Both the position numbers and the translations under genes were made by a program. 64,000 nt of DNA, taken from assembly GCA_013239625.1 (NCBI GenBank), contig MU053810.1, positions 4,868,071-4,932,070 of the forward strand. Reading direction: 5' to 3'. Source of the DNA: Lama guanicoe. Taxonomy: Eukaryota. Under the pieces are notes generated by a model. That model saw only the letters and a list, made by a program, of their open reading frames with translations. It was not told the DNA's origin and did no database searches. Of the stretch, positions 1-14,002 are shown in pieces (position 1 is the stretch's first letter; every line of letters begins with the position of its first letter).

Positions 1-319
1 CCATAGGCTAAGTAAATGCAGGGGGGATGTCAAAAACATTAGCTGATTTAATACACACTAAGACAAGCAGGCAGGCAGGCAGCACATTTCTCTATTGTCA
101 TAAAAATCTTAGACCAGCTGGAACTACTATATTGAAGCCTTGAAAAGTAAAGTAAAAATTTAGGCTAAAAGATTTCCTAAGTTCCCTTTAAAATTTGATG
201 ATTCTGTGAGTACATATCTGTTGAAGCTTATACTTACAACTAAAAAAATTATTACAAAAGAATTATATCATTTGGGTATCCATTATATATTACAGGCATG
301 ATACAGGCACCACCATAAT

Positions 320-818
320 TAAGATGAAGTGACTGCTATAACCAAAGATTAAAAAATATGGGAAGGAGGGAACGTCAAACAGGCAAGAAATCTAAAATCT
401 TATATTCTGGCAAAAAAGGATGGGCAACTGCTGAGACGTGACAACATAATGCAAGGAGTGATCCTTGACTGCATCCCTGTCCAGGGAGATAGAAAACAAC
501 ACTGTTGGGACAATTCGGGAAATCTGCATAAAGGCTATACATTAGAAATAATAATGTATCATGTTAATTCCCTGAGTACAATAATTATACTGTGATTATA
601 AAGGAGAATGTCCTTGTTCTTAGGGAAGCACAATGAAGCATTTAGGGGTAAAGTCTTACCATGTCTATAAGTAATTCTCAAATGATTTAGAAAAAAACAT
701 ATATAGACCTAAATATATATCAAGATTCACTAACTGATAAATCTAGGGCAAAAGGTTTGTGTCCTATTACACCAGGGACTTTTCTGTAGTTTTAAAATTT
801 TTCAAAATAAAAAGTTGG
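320..818 (+). mobile_element. Old L1 (L1M-type) 3' UTR fragment
   Basis: Typical ancient L1 3' end (aatgtccttgttcttagg...tttttcaaaataaaaagttg). Confidence 0.65.
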
Positions 819-940
819 GGTGGAGGGAGGGTATAGCTCAGTGCAAGACCTCCTGGATGAGGTCTTGGGTTCAATCTCCAGTACCTCTATTAAAAAAAAA
901 ATAACCTAATTACTTCCACCTGCCAAAAACAAAAAGGTAA
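819..940 (+). mobile_element. tRNA-derived SINE (vic-1-like), internally deleted
   Basis: gggtatagctcagtg...gggttcaatctccagtacctc + A tract + aacctaattac tail. Confidence 0.8.
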
Positions 941-1726
941 AAATCACAATGTAAGTGATAGTGAATGATTTATCATTAAAATACTTTATAAAATTTTCTG
1001 CAAGAAATTAAATTATAATTTAGTCACATGTGACCCCATTATATTTAGAAATGATATGTAAAGTTCAGGTCTCATTTCTAAATAGGACAGCGTTTTTAGA
1101 AATTTATTGACCATTCTACTTGTTACTGTCTCAGCAGACCAAAATTTGGACCAACTGATAAAAACTGTCTAAGAACTATAGGAATTTCTTATAAACAAAA
1201 AGTTGTATAATTTAGTGGAGGTGTCAACAGAACACAAATTATGTTTAAAAACTGATTATAAAAACAAAGTTAGTGATCTTGCTAAAAGGAAGGCACCCAT
1301 TTTCCATAAACAGTGTATAATAATAACAAAGTCTATCCTACTGCTGAAATATTTACAGATGAAACTGGATGTTTGGGATCTGCTTCAAAATAGTCCGAGG
1401 AGGAGGAAGTGGGTGGGTGCAGATGAGACATCTTGGCCGTGTGTTGAGGATGGATAATGAAGACTCACGATACTAATATTCTCTTTACTTTTGTATATGC
1501 TGGAAAATGCCTACTTCTTAAACTATGCTACCCAACATCCCAACTCACAATCTAGTATTCCTTTATCGTATTCTATTTTTAAGCATTAATTTTTCCCTTT
1601 ATAAGACTTTGTTGGTTTCTGTCACCTGACACGGACCGGGGTACGTCTGCATCTGAATCATAACAGTTGGCCACAGAGCCATTCCCCCACCACTGAAATA
1701 TTTCCAAAGTGTACGAAACAATTTAC

Positions 1727-1758
1727 CTTAGATTTGGTTGAGTCACTAGTGGCTGAAT
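1727..1758 (-). CDS. ARHGAP21: ARHGAP21 exon ~25 (32 nt), (D)SATSDSTKSK
   Basis: cacag acceptor, AAG|gtaaat donor; phase 1->0. Confidence 0.93.
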
Positions 1759-2647
1759 CTGTGAGAAGTTAAATAGAACACGGTCAGTATTAGTCAGATT
1801 CGTCACCGCTTTCAACAAACAATGCCAAACTCATGGAAAAGACAGGCACAGAACAAAATGTGAAAGCCAAACTCAAAAACAATAGAACACAGTGGATAGT
1901 CAGAGCTCACAGAGATGCAAGCTGCACCACAGAAAGCCACCGCCATGAAAGGATGCTGTGAATTGTAGGCAGAATCAGCTCAATGATAGGGATGGCAAAG
2001 GAGCCCTGTACTAAACGAAACAGAGACACTAGGGTTGATAAAATTAGCCAAGTGTTATGTCTAGCAATAAAGCAGCTCCAAGACCTTTTGAAGAATTGCA
2101 CCATGTACCACATCCTGTATCTGAAACTGATACACAATGTAGAACTTTTAAGATTATTGGCTGCCCTTGCTACAAATTTGAGACACTTATACTTGGTGTA
2201 ATGAGGTTGATTTTTGTCAGACTGTCAATCTTGAATTTTAGAAGCATCTACTTATGCGTAGATAACCCTGCTGCCGGGTCACTTTGGTTTTATGTTGAAT
2301 GATGCTGACCTCTGTGCTTTGGAGCCCCGTTTCACGTCTGTGCAGCCAGGGATCCTTTTGACTAGTTAGAATTGCTACCAGTTTGGCCATTATCTACTAA
2401 CAAAGGCTATTATGGAAATGGAAAAATGGAGAGCATAATTTCACTGTCTGGCAAAAACTCAGGGTATACAAGTATAAAAGAGGGTAGGAAGGGGCTAGCA
2501 CTCTTCAGAACAACACCAATTTTGAAATTTTCTCCTTTGAACTTCAGGGAAATGGATTTTCAAAATTAAATGAGCTGAGCCCCATGCCACGCCCCTTTCA
2601 ACACATGGCTCAATGCTTTTATGACTTTAAGAACTGGTAGACCATAC

Positions 2648-2668
2648 CATGCTATTTCTCCTCACGGT
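2648..2668 (-). other. ARHGAP21: Candidate alternative 21-nt stop microexon (DREEK*)
   Basis: ttctgctgtttcttgttatttctgaagcag|ACCGTGAGGAGAAATAGCATG|gtatgg. Confidence 0.5.
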
Positions 2669-3348
2669 CTGCTTCAGAAATAACAAGAAACAGCAGAAAA
2701 ACTTTTAAGAAAGTAGCAGTGATCTGTTGACAAGCATCTTGAGAGAAAATGGACACCACAGATCAACTTGGCTGGCATTTACAAGAAGCGGGGGTTTCTG
2801 CAGACAAGGCAGCTGCAGTGGGGACAGCAGCCCTCCTTCTTCCTACAGTTCCAGCTGTCCATCAGGGACACCACGGAATCCACTAGCGACATTACCGTGT
2901 GATAGACTCCTCCCATCTCACCTGGGCAACATCAGTACAGATTTGCCTGTGTCAGTAATGCTGAAAAAAACCCTTTAGGACTAAAGCAAGAACTAGAGGG
3001 AACCAAGGGAGAACACGGTGTCAGACGACATGCTAGGTTAGTGCAACAGGCTGGCAGGAGACAATCTGCATCGGAAGAGCCTACAAAACCTAATACTTTA
3101 ACCGAAACATTAGGGCGGCAATTAGAAAACAGAAGACTGTCAAAGAAGATCGACTTGTGCGATGACACCTGTGGTGACAAGTAATACACTGTATATTATG
3201 GAAACGGTGCCCGGGAGCATTTCGCGTATTCCACTTGCTGCTGCTTTAACAGAACGTCCAGCTTGAGCATCAGAACTACTCATACAGCCTAGACCACACT
3301 TTCTGCCATCACAGCAACCACATACTCAGTAGCGTTCATCTGTTTTAC

Positions 3349-3372
3349 CTTGTGATGACTATTACATGGAAA
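3349..3372 (-). other. ARHGAP21: Candidate alternative 24-nt stop microexon (VSM**)
   Basis: Long pyrimidine tract ending ttcacag|TTTCCATGTAATAGTCATCACAAG|gtaaaa. Confidence 0.55.
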
Positions 3373-3647
3373 CTGTGAATTTAAAGGAAAAAAAAGAAAG
3401 AAAGAACGAAACAGTGGTTTGCATGCTCATTTCCCCGCGTATTTCCTTTCTGACAAGCATTACAACTCCATGCATTGCCAATGGCTTTTAGTCACTGGAA
3501 GATGATTAAGATCCATCAGAAAAGGGAGATTAAGTTCTTTATCAGTGGAAAGGAAGAAAAAGGAGGGGGGAAAAATCACAGTGAATTGTTAACTTAGGAC
3601 TGAGTTTTGCTCTTTCACGTTATAAGAATTTAGCTTTTAAAAACCTA

Positions 3648-3782
<135 letters not shown>

Positions 3783-4110
3783 CTATGGTTAATAAACAAA
3801 GATCTCTCCATCATTTCTTCAAAGATACTTTCTTTAAAATTCAAACAACATTTTAGTAAAAGACACATTTCTGAGTGGAGGACATGGGCTTCATTTTTTT
3901 AAACTGTTTGCGTATAATTAATTAGAAAAAAAGGCATCATACATGTATTTTCATTAGATCAGAAACTGAGGAGCTATAGTGACCTGCTTCCGGGATGCAA
4001 AGCAGACAATATAGCATACAAAGCAGGAAGCTGACACTGCTGCAGGGCCAGGATCTTGTGGCGTCCCAAAAGAAAATGACAGAGCCCGAGCGCTGATGAA
4101 CAATACTTAC

Positions 4111-4152
4111 AAGAGGTTCTTCCGCACCCTCTTCTGTGAAAAACCAGTCATG
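4111..4152 (-). CDS. ARHGAP21: ARHGAP21 exon ~23 (42 nt), HDWFFTEEGAEEPL (end of RhoGAP)
   Basis: tttag acceptor, gtaagt donor; phase 0->0. Confidence 0.95.
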
Positions 4153-4293
4153 CTAAAATTTAAAATAAAGAAGGTGAAAAGGAGAAATTAAATAACCCCC
4201 GAAATCGATCTAATTTTGGAGGACAGTATAGAACAAAAGGTAATTTTCTTAGGACAGAATTTGGTAATAATTTTATTTTTCTACCAAATATCA

Positions 4294-4515
<222 letters not shown>

Positions 4516-5071
4516 TTAAATTCTCTCTTTGCATGTTTGGCATTTTATTTCTGAAAGGCTCTTCTGATGAAAAAGAATGCAAAGAACGGTTGACTGATGT
4601 GTGTTAAAAAAAATAATACATCCTAGTTAGAATGTTCATACAGATTGGTTTATGGAAGTCCTTTTTCTTGCTTTAATGACAATGTATAATGCTTAAATGG
4701 CATTCATTTTTCCCCCAGGAAGTCTGTGATTGAAAGCAGTTGATTTGGTTCAAAACTAGTATTACCAGAGCTGGATTAACTGACAAAAATATTAAAATCA
4801 AAGGGAATAAACTCTCAAAAGAACAGGGAAACCCTCCCCTCAAAAACTGAAATAAAAATTTCCAAATTTACCCCTGTAGTAACATCAAGATCACTAATAT
4901 GTTAAAACCTAATGTTTGAAAATATTTTTTTGACCAAATTTTTACTTCAACCAAAACTTCCAAAGCTTTTTCCTTATCTGTACGCCGACACGAGCACCTC
5001 AGTATCACATGCCTGTATGTCTGTGTGTTCATTTCCATGGTATTCTGTATTCCTGGTTAATTATCAAAGGT

Positions 5072-5407
5072 GCAAATCTTTTGTTTTCCTTTGTTACAGT
5101 GTTTGGTGAAAGTTTTTGAACTTAGGATTTGATTAAATGTTAAATAACCAACCCCCAAAACATACCAGAAGGTAAAAGAAAAGTATGGACATATACACAC
5201 TCATTGTCACTTTTTCTCTGTGATTTATCATAACATTTTGTGTATATTTCCCTGTGCTATACAGTGTAATCTTGTTTATCTGTTCTACGATTTTTCGCAA
5301 ATCTTTTGTTTTCCTTTGTTACAGTGTTTGGTGAAAGTTTTTGAACTTAGGATTTGATTAAATGTTAAATAACCAACCCCCAAAACATACCAGAAGGTAA
5401 AAGAAAA
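5072..5407. repeat. Perfect 111-bp direct repeat (5072-5182, 5297-5407) flanking a 114-bp L1 3'UTR fragment (minus)
   Basis: Copies identical on manual alignment; reverse complement of the insert matches the L1 tail at 44344-44500. Confidence 0.9.
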
Positions 5408-5978
5408 ATCACTGCAGAACTCAAAAAAAAAATTCAAACTGGTCTGGGAACCCACACCAAAAATTTAGTTTCCATTCATCACCATATAATCAACCTCCCT
5501 TTACCCTTTTGTCCTCTCAACCCCACCCCGACCCCTTCCACTCTGATAACCACTACTCTGTTGTCTGTATCTATGTGCTCTTTTTGTGTTTGATAAAGGT
5601 AATGTGGTGGTGGTAAAACAAAACAAAAGTCTTATCTTCTTAAGTCTAAACAAAAGTAAACAAGAAAACAGCTGTTATTTTTCACTGTATACTATTTGGC
5701 ACATTTTTGAATTGTATTGTAAATACTGCCCATTTAAATTGTTATTATACAGTTGAAAAATAAAAAGTAAAATTTCTGACTTTTTCACTTTTCTTGATGG
5801 ATAAATGTAGAAGAAAATGTCTTTAAAAAATAACAATGGATATTTTGGGGATCTTTTGCTTTAACAGTGATCTTTAGAGGGAACTGATCACCAATATGAT
5901 GTATTTTAGAGCTTTTGTTTAATTATAACCTATTTTTGACTATTTGGCATGAAGCACTGAACCATGTCTTTTCGACTA

Positions 5979-6137
<159 letters not shown>

Positions 6138-6190
6138 TTAAATGCTGGTCTTTTTGTTGTTATCTCCAAAAAATACAAAATAATACCTAC

Positions 6191-6264
6191 TAGTCTTTTT
6201 AATGTTTTCAGACGATCTAGAGGATCCTCCTTACGATTGGCTTCAATAAAGTCGGCATATTTAT
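6191..6264 (-). CDS. ARHGAP21: ARHGAP21 exon ~20 (74 nt), (D)[24 protein letters not shown]
   Basis: gtcag acceptor, gtaggt donor; phase 1->0. Confidence 0.96.
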
Positions 6265-6878
6265 CTGACAACAACATCAAGAACAGAAAAGCGAATTTAT
6301 CTTAAATTGTTCAGGTGAACTATAACCTAGTTTTCCTTTCAATTTCAAACCATAATTAAAAAGAAAAAAAAAAAAAGTAGGGACCCCCCCCCCCACAAAT
6401 AGCGTTTGAAATATTAACTCTCTAAAACTGCTGTAAGTTTTTAATGATCATGATGATAATTATCATCAAATACAGGAAATTCCCTAAAATGTGAGTTCTC
6501 TGACGGTACATTCTATATTTATAAAATCTGCCACTCTCTGTCCCTTGACCACAACCTCTACCACACAGTCTTGTGTAAGTCAAATAGTTGGCTTGACTGA
6601 AAAAATGTTTTTTTTACTAACTGTACCTTATTATATATCAAGACTTTTGACAGAATAATATATTTTTAACTTGATTGTAAACATGAACGAACAGCATAAT
6701 CTATATTTTACTGAACTTAAACAATTTTTTATCAATTCTTATTTTTCATTGAGATGTATCAGGAGAAAAAACATCCAGATGGCAAAAAGTAGCACATAAC
6801 CATGCCTTGTATATAAATAAGAACTGAACAAAATCTTCTGTTCCCTTTGACAGAAATGTTTTCTCCCAGTTCGATTTA

Positions 6879-7309
<431 letters not shown>

Positions 7310-7979
7310 TTAATGTAGCATGAATGTTTATCTTTCATGGATAGATGTGTATCATAGGTAAGAGACCCTTTCATCCAGGAGGAACCAGTGTATAAACTGC
7401 TGTTCTTTGACAGAGAGAAAATAGAGAATACAGACGTTGCAGAACAGGGAATAGATAACAACCAGCAAGAGATACTTGAGTCAGTGGAAGGAGAACCATT
7501 AGGTCAAGACAGAAAGAGGAGGATTCATGGAGAGAGAACGTCCCAAGAGGAAAGGCGAGCAGGTGGGAGCAGCTGAGTTGAGTAAAAGAAGGGGGAGAAG
7601 GAATAACATCCATCCACTCATGATATGGATCCTAACACAGGTGTTCTAAAGACACACAAATGCACATTTACATTTATCATACTTTCTTAATCAAGTCCTT
7701 GTTCCCATCCTTCTAAGATGCTAAAAGCAGAAATACACATGATTTGAAAATGAATTCTTACCAACCCTTCCAGATACATTCCTAATAGTTGAATACTTAC
7801 TCTATTTCAAAGTCAATGCATCAGGAAAAAAGCACTGTAGATAAAATTACTCAACACACTCATATAGGTCAGAAATGCTTAGAGAAACTAAGACCTGATA
7901 AGAAGAGGAAAACACCGAACAGACCAACAGACACCCCCTGGGGTCTGCACGGCCGTGTGCTCAGGTTCTGTTATGACTA

Positions 7980-8177
<198 letters not shown>

Positions 8178-8589
8178 TCATTATTCAAAAGAAAATGACA
8201 TAAGAAAATAGAAACAAGAGTGTTTAAATCATGACTTTAAAGATCCTTTATCAATATTTATGTAAGTCAGAGTCCTATACTGTAAGTACCATATCCTTTA
8301 CTTATCAAAAATATTCTATTGTCTTCCTAATATAGCACGCCTTTCAACCTTCCATACAATATATGTTTCTTCACCCTTTGACAATCTGTACCATGAAGGA
8401 TTTTCTTTAAAACAGTCAGGAAAAAAGAATCACTGTGAGATCTTAATTGTGAGATTCTGGCCCAAGGAAATAGAATGGTTTTATTTCAAAATGAAAGCAC
8501 CTGTATCCTCTGCATTACTCCAATCTATAGGTTTTTTTTTATGCAGATGTATGTGCTGAATTTTCCTTCACTTGGTCTTTGTTGCGAGG

Positions 8590-9013
<424 letters not shown>

Positions 9014-9699
9014 TTAGAAAGTCGATTCTGAACTTAAATAGGAATTCTCATTTGGGGGGAGGGGCTCTATATTGCGCTACTTCGTTTATTCCATACGGAC
9101 ACTATGGAGCTGTGTTTAAAACCTATATTCAAATCACAACTATGGGACAAGTGTTCTAAGTGCCTCCCCCACTGCCAAGAGTTCTCCGTTTAGGTTCTGT
9201 GCTCCGCCAACACCTAGACTAGCACCAGCAAGTCACTGGTGTTGAAACTCCTTGACCTGACATTTTAAATAAATGGCTGGGAAGCAGGGAGCCAGTTTTT
9301 TCTCTCATACCGGAAGGAATGATTGGAGTTTCAAAATAATCCAATTGGACAAAAGGTGGAATCCTACCAAAATCTGTTAATGGTTAATTTGGAGAAGCAG
9401 TGAGATCGAGAATCAGTTTGGATCAGAAGTAGCAATTAGATTATCAGAAGAAAAAAGCTCAACTGTTCTTAACCTCAACAGGCTAACTTAGAAAACACGC
9501 TAAATGGAGAACTCAGAGTTGACCGTTAGATGGTGACTTTTTTTCCCACTACTGATTCCAATTATATGTTGATACATGTCCTCACTTATTTTTTTTTTGA
9601 CTTGTCTCATTTTGATCTCAATGAACATTATAACTTACAATGAATACAGGCTTTGGAGTTGAACAGTCTTGAATTCAAATCGATTCTTCTCATTTTCCA

Positions 9700-9930
9700 A
9701 CTGAAAGAGGATGTGGTTAAGATCTAGAATAAGATTGCCTGGGTGTAAATCCTAGCCCTGACACTTCTCAGCTAGGTGACCTTGGAGAAATCACTTAACC
9801 TCTCTTTGCCACACAGTTGCCTTCTTTGTAACATGGTTATGATCATAATATGACCGCTGAGATTGCTGGGCTTAACTAATGTAAATGCTTCTGACTGCCT
9901 GCCATATGGTGTATGCTCAGTGACCGATCA
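9700..9930 (+). mobile_element. MIR SINE
   Basis: MIR core (ggtgaccttggagaaatcacttaacctctct). Confidence 0.65.
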
Positions 9931-10160
9931 CTTTCTTATCTACAAGGCTGGGGGAGCTCCCTGTGTCTTAACACTGGATGATGCTGCTGCTCTAAAGGCT
10001 GACATGAAGTCAGTGTTCATGATCTACCAGGCACCACGCTGCATACTTCCTAAGCATTATCTCATTCAATCCTTAAAACAGCCCTGTGTTTCAAAGATGA
10101 GGTTATCTATCGGATTCTTTCAGTCTTCTTTAAAAAAATGTCATGAAGGTGCCTGTTTTA

Positions 10161-10562
<402 letters not shown>

Positions 10563-11528
10563 TCAGTGTGCACCCAAGGCAGCAGGCATCCACTTTATGT
10601 CAATTTTGTCTGCCAGGGGAGGAAAGACAAAAATTGTGGCGCGTAAACCAAGTTGGGCCACGTGTTCATTTCAAAGTCAAGGATAGTGAAAACTCACTTT
10701 CATTTGGTGGAGAAAATGAACAAAGAAATTAGGATAAAGCAGGTGTAGCAAACTGAATTTAAAAAAAAAGCTAAGGGAACAGAAAATAAGGAAAAAGGTC
10801 GGTCAGGAAAATCTTGAGTAAAAGCAAGGCTTAAGGCAAGTCTTAAATCACACAAATGACAAACACTGCGTAAGGAGAACCCAAAGCCATGTATGTACGA
10901 GTAATGAACTTAGTTATTAACAAAACTGATCAACTTTACACGATCAAGCAACAGTATCTACATCCAAGGTGGGTTTTCTTAAAAAAATTTTTAATACTCT
11001 TTTGACAGTGTTAAGGCTTTCTTGTAAATAAGCTGTCCAAATATTGTAGGAAACTTTCTGGCAAAGTTTTACTATATTGTTACCTACTAAACGAGGCACA
11101 TATTGATATTGTGATATTCACTGATGCGACTCAATACTTATAAATGGAAACAATAAACTTATAAAGGCAACTTAAAAGAATCAACTGGGAAACACTGAAT
11201 AAAAGTTTTTAAATGATTAATATGGAGAACTGCCACTCCCTAAAGGACTACCCTGTCATAATCTATGGGCAATAAACTGTTTAATAAGGAAAGCAGAATT
11301 CCTTCTTCAACACTCTGATGTCTCTTTTACATTGCCAAGATACAGGGCAACACATTCCACATGTAACCAATACAAAGGATGAAATGGTGTAAAAATGAAA
11401 TCACTGATTAGAATTTTTAAAAATAATTTTTCCTTTACATAGAAAAAGATGCTGCCAATGATGTTTTCCACTCTTTATTCTGGATATTTTGCCATTTTAT
11501 GTACACAGGCTTAATGCTTTATTTTTCA

Positions 11529-11699
<171 letters not shown>

Positions 11700-11999
11700 C
11701 TACAGAAAAGGCCGAAGAAAACACAGCAAATTGTCAGCATTTTCCTTTATAAATATATTTGCAATGTGAAACTGCTTTGCTGAAAAAGTCTTTTATTTAA
11801 TCTTCCAATTGAAGAGCTATTTTTGAACCATCTTAACTTTATCAGTTACATCAGAAAAATTTCGGGTTTTTTTTTTTTTAAAAAAAAGGGAATCGACCAC
11901 TTATCATTTTTAAAAGTCACCTGAAGGAAGTTCTTAACCGCTAAACAGTAACAGAAACCATTTAATTTTCCTGCTCTCAAAAGCTCCCATTTTACTGGG

Positions 12000-13460
12000 A
12001 AAAGACAAAGAAGAATAAAAAATAAACAAGAAAATGATCGGACTGTGATCAGTGCCGTTTGGAGAAGGGAACTGAGGAGCAGCTATAAGTCGGTGATGCT
12101 GACAGGAAGCCTCTGTGCAGAAAGAACACGTAGGATGAAATTCAGGGAAAAAATTTAAAGGAAGAGCCAACCATGAGAGGTCAGGGGAAAGAGTTGAGAG
12201 AGAAGGTACAGCTAATGAAGGTGCACTCATTGCTATCACTTTAAACGGTCCGTGTTCGATGGGAGTAAGAGAAACAGCTAATTGTAGACCGTTGAGGGTC
12301 TCCCAGGCTGTGGCAGGGCGTGAACTGATGAAGCCGGGGAGGATCGTCATCGGATGACACAGCTGAGAGGTTGCGCTGCTTGCTACCTGGAGGGGGGGAG
12401 GTTCTAAAGGGACAACCAGGAAAGGAGGTGTTCCTGCAGGAGCCCAGGTGCTGGGTGATGGCAGCTGGGACTTGACCAAAGTGAAGGCAGAGAGGAATGT
12501 AAAGATTCAGGCTATGTTTTGGAGGCAGAGTGGACGGCACTTGAAACAGAAAAGAAGAAACAAGGCAAATTCCTAGATCTGGAGCTTGAACAACTGGGTC
12601 GACAGAAGGGGACCTAGTGAGATGGGGAGACGGGAGGGACAGACGCGTCTGGGCGTCATGCAGGTCCACTTGCCCCGGAAACCTTGAACTGCTCATTAAA
12701 CATCCACATGCAGACGGTGTACAGGCAGGAGCCTCTGTGAGCTGCAGTCTGGGGAAGAGGTCAAGTCTGGAGATGTATCCTTGGGGAGATCTCTGGATAA
12801 GAGCGCCGAGGAAATGAGGGCCGATGGAGAGGAGAGAAGGGTCAGAAGCAGCTCTAGGCCTTCCAACACTAAATATCAGGCAGAGGCAAAAATGGAAACC
12901 AGCAGAGGACAGCGTTTCAGGAAGCGACTGGGAAATTGTGTTGCCCACTTACTGAAAGGTCAAATAAAAAATCCAAGCAACTGTTCGTTTTGGAACCTGA
13001 GAGTCTCTGGTAACCTTGGCCTGAACCACGTCATTGTCAAGTGTGTGGGCTGAGAAAGACATGATGTGAGGAAGTGGAACCTGCGGATGTTTTTTTTTTT
13101 TTTTTTCCCAACGAGTGTTACTGTGAAAAGCAGAAGAGTAAAGCGGAGCAGTAAGTAGAGGGGGATGTGGAATCGAGGAAGATTTTTCTTTTAAACACAG
13201 GAAATAGTAGAATACTTCTATATGATCGTGACTGAGCCGCTGGAAAGAGTGATTTTACAGAAGAGACAGGGGTCTTGAGAAAGTGAAAAGTGATGGAACC
13301 CAAAGAAGAAATGTGGGTGTTGGTGTTCAATAGCATAATGTCCCAAGTAAGAAGATATTTATTAAGATAAGAGTAAGGAAGCCTGAAAGCGCAGGTGTAC
13401 AGAAGGTCCTGATATTTTTGGAGAAGGTAAAATGAGGAAATTCCTGTCTAACTTCCAGGA
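12000..13460 (-). mobile_element. Degenerate L2 LINE remnants
   Basis: Purine-rich L2-like tracts on the plus strand; boundaries approximate. Confidence 0.55.
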
Positions 13461-13610
13461 GGGAAAAGCAGACAGGAGGAGAATGGTTGCTTGGATTCCT
13501 GCCTGATATCTACAGTGTTGGAAGGTCTAGAGCTGGTTCTGACCCCTCTTTCCTCTCCATCGGCCCTCATTTCCTCGATGATCCTATCCAGAGATCTCCC
13601 CGAAGATACA
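12774..13610. repeat. Inverted repeat, arms 12774-12883 and 13499-13610 (~88-90% identical)
   Basis: Manual alignment gives about 11 mismatches and one 2-nt indel. Confidence 0.9.
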
Positions 13611-13965
13611 CAGAGGATTGTGCTAGGTGAGGGGTGGAGAGGAGGAATGAAATAATAATTTTCAGGACAGAAAAACAGACAAATTGCCAGGTGGTCAGAA
13701 TTTTTGGCCATAAACTTACAAAGTGAGAAAAATCAGCACAATTGTATGTTAAAGAAATTACACATGTGACGAGTATGTTTAGAAACCACAATTTACAGTG
13801 ATATTTTCCAAATGCACTCGAAACTTACAGAACAAAAGGTTATGACATTTAAATATGAAATACCTAATGGATAAAAGAAAGAATTCTCTATGGAGAACTA
13901 AAGTAAATTAAGGTAAACAGAAACATTTCCCATTTGCTGATGTTTTAAAAATATTGAACACCTAC

Positions 13966-14002
13966 CTTGATTCCCTTCAGGCTAGATACATGCTTAAAGG
14001 AC
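13966..14002 (-). CDS. ARHGAP21: ARHGAP21 exon ~12 (37 nt), (L)SFKHVSSLKGIK
   Basis: aacag acceptor, AAG|gtaggt donor; phase 2->0 bridges its neighbours. Confidence 0.93.

Noticed and set aside
11934..12948. 181-aa and 235-aa minus-strand ORFs
   Set aside because: They lie in decayed L2-like sequence, with no recognisable domain or splice support.
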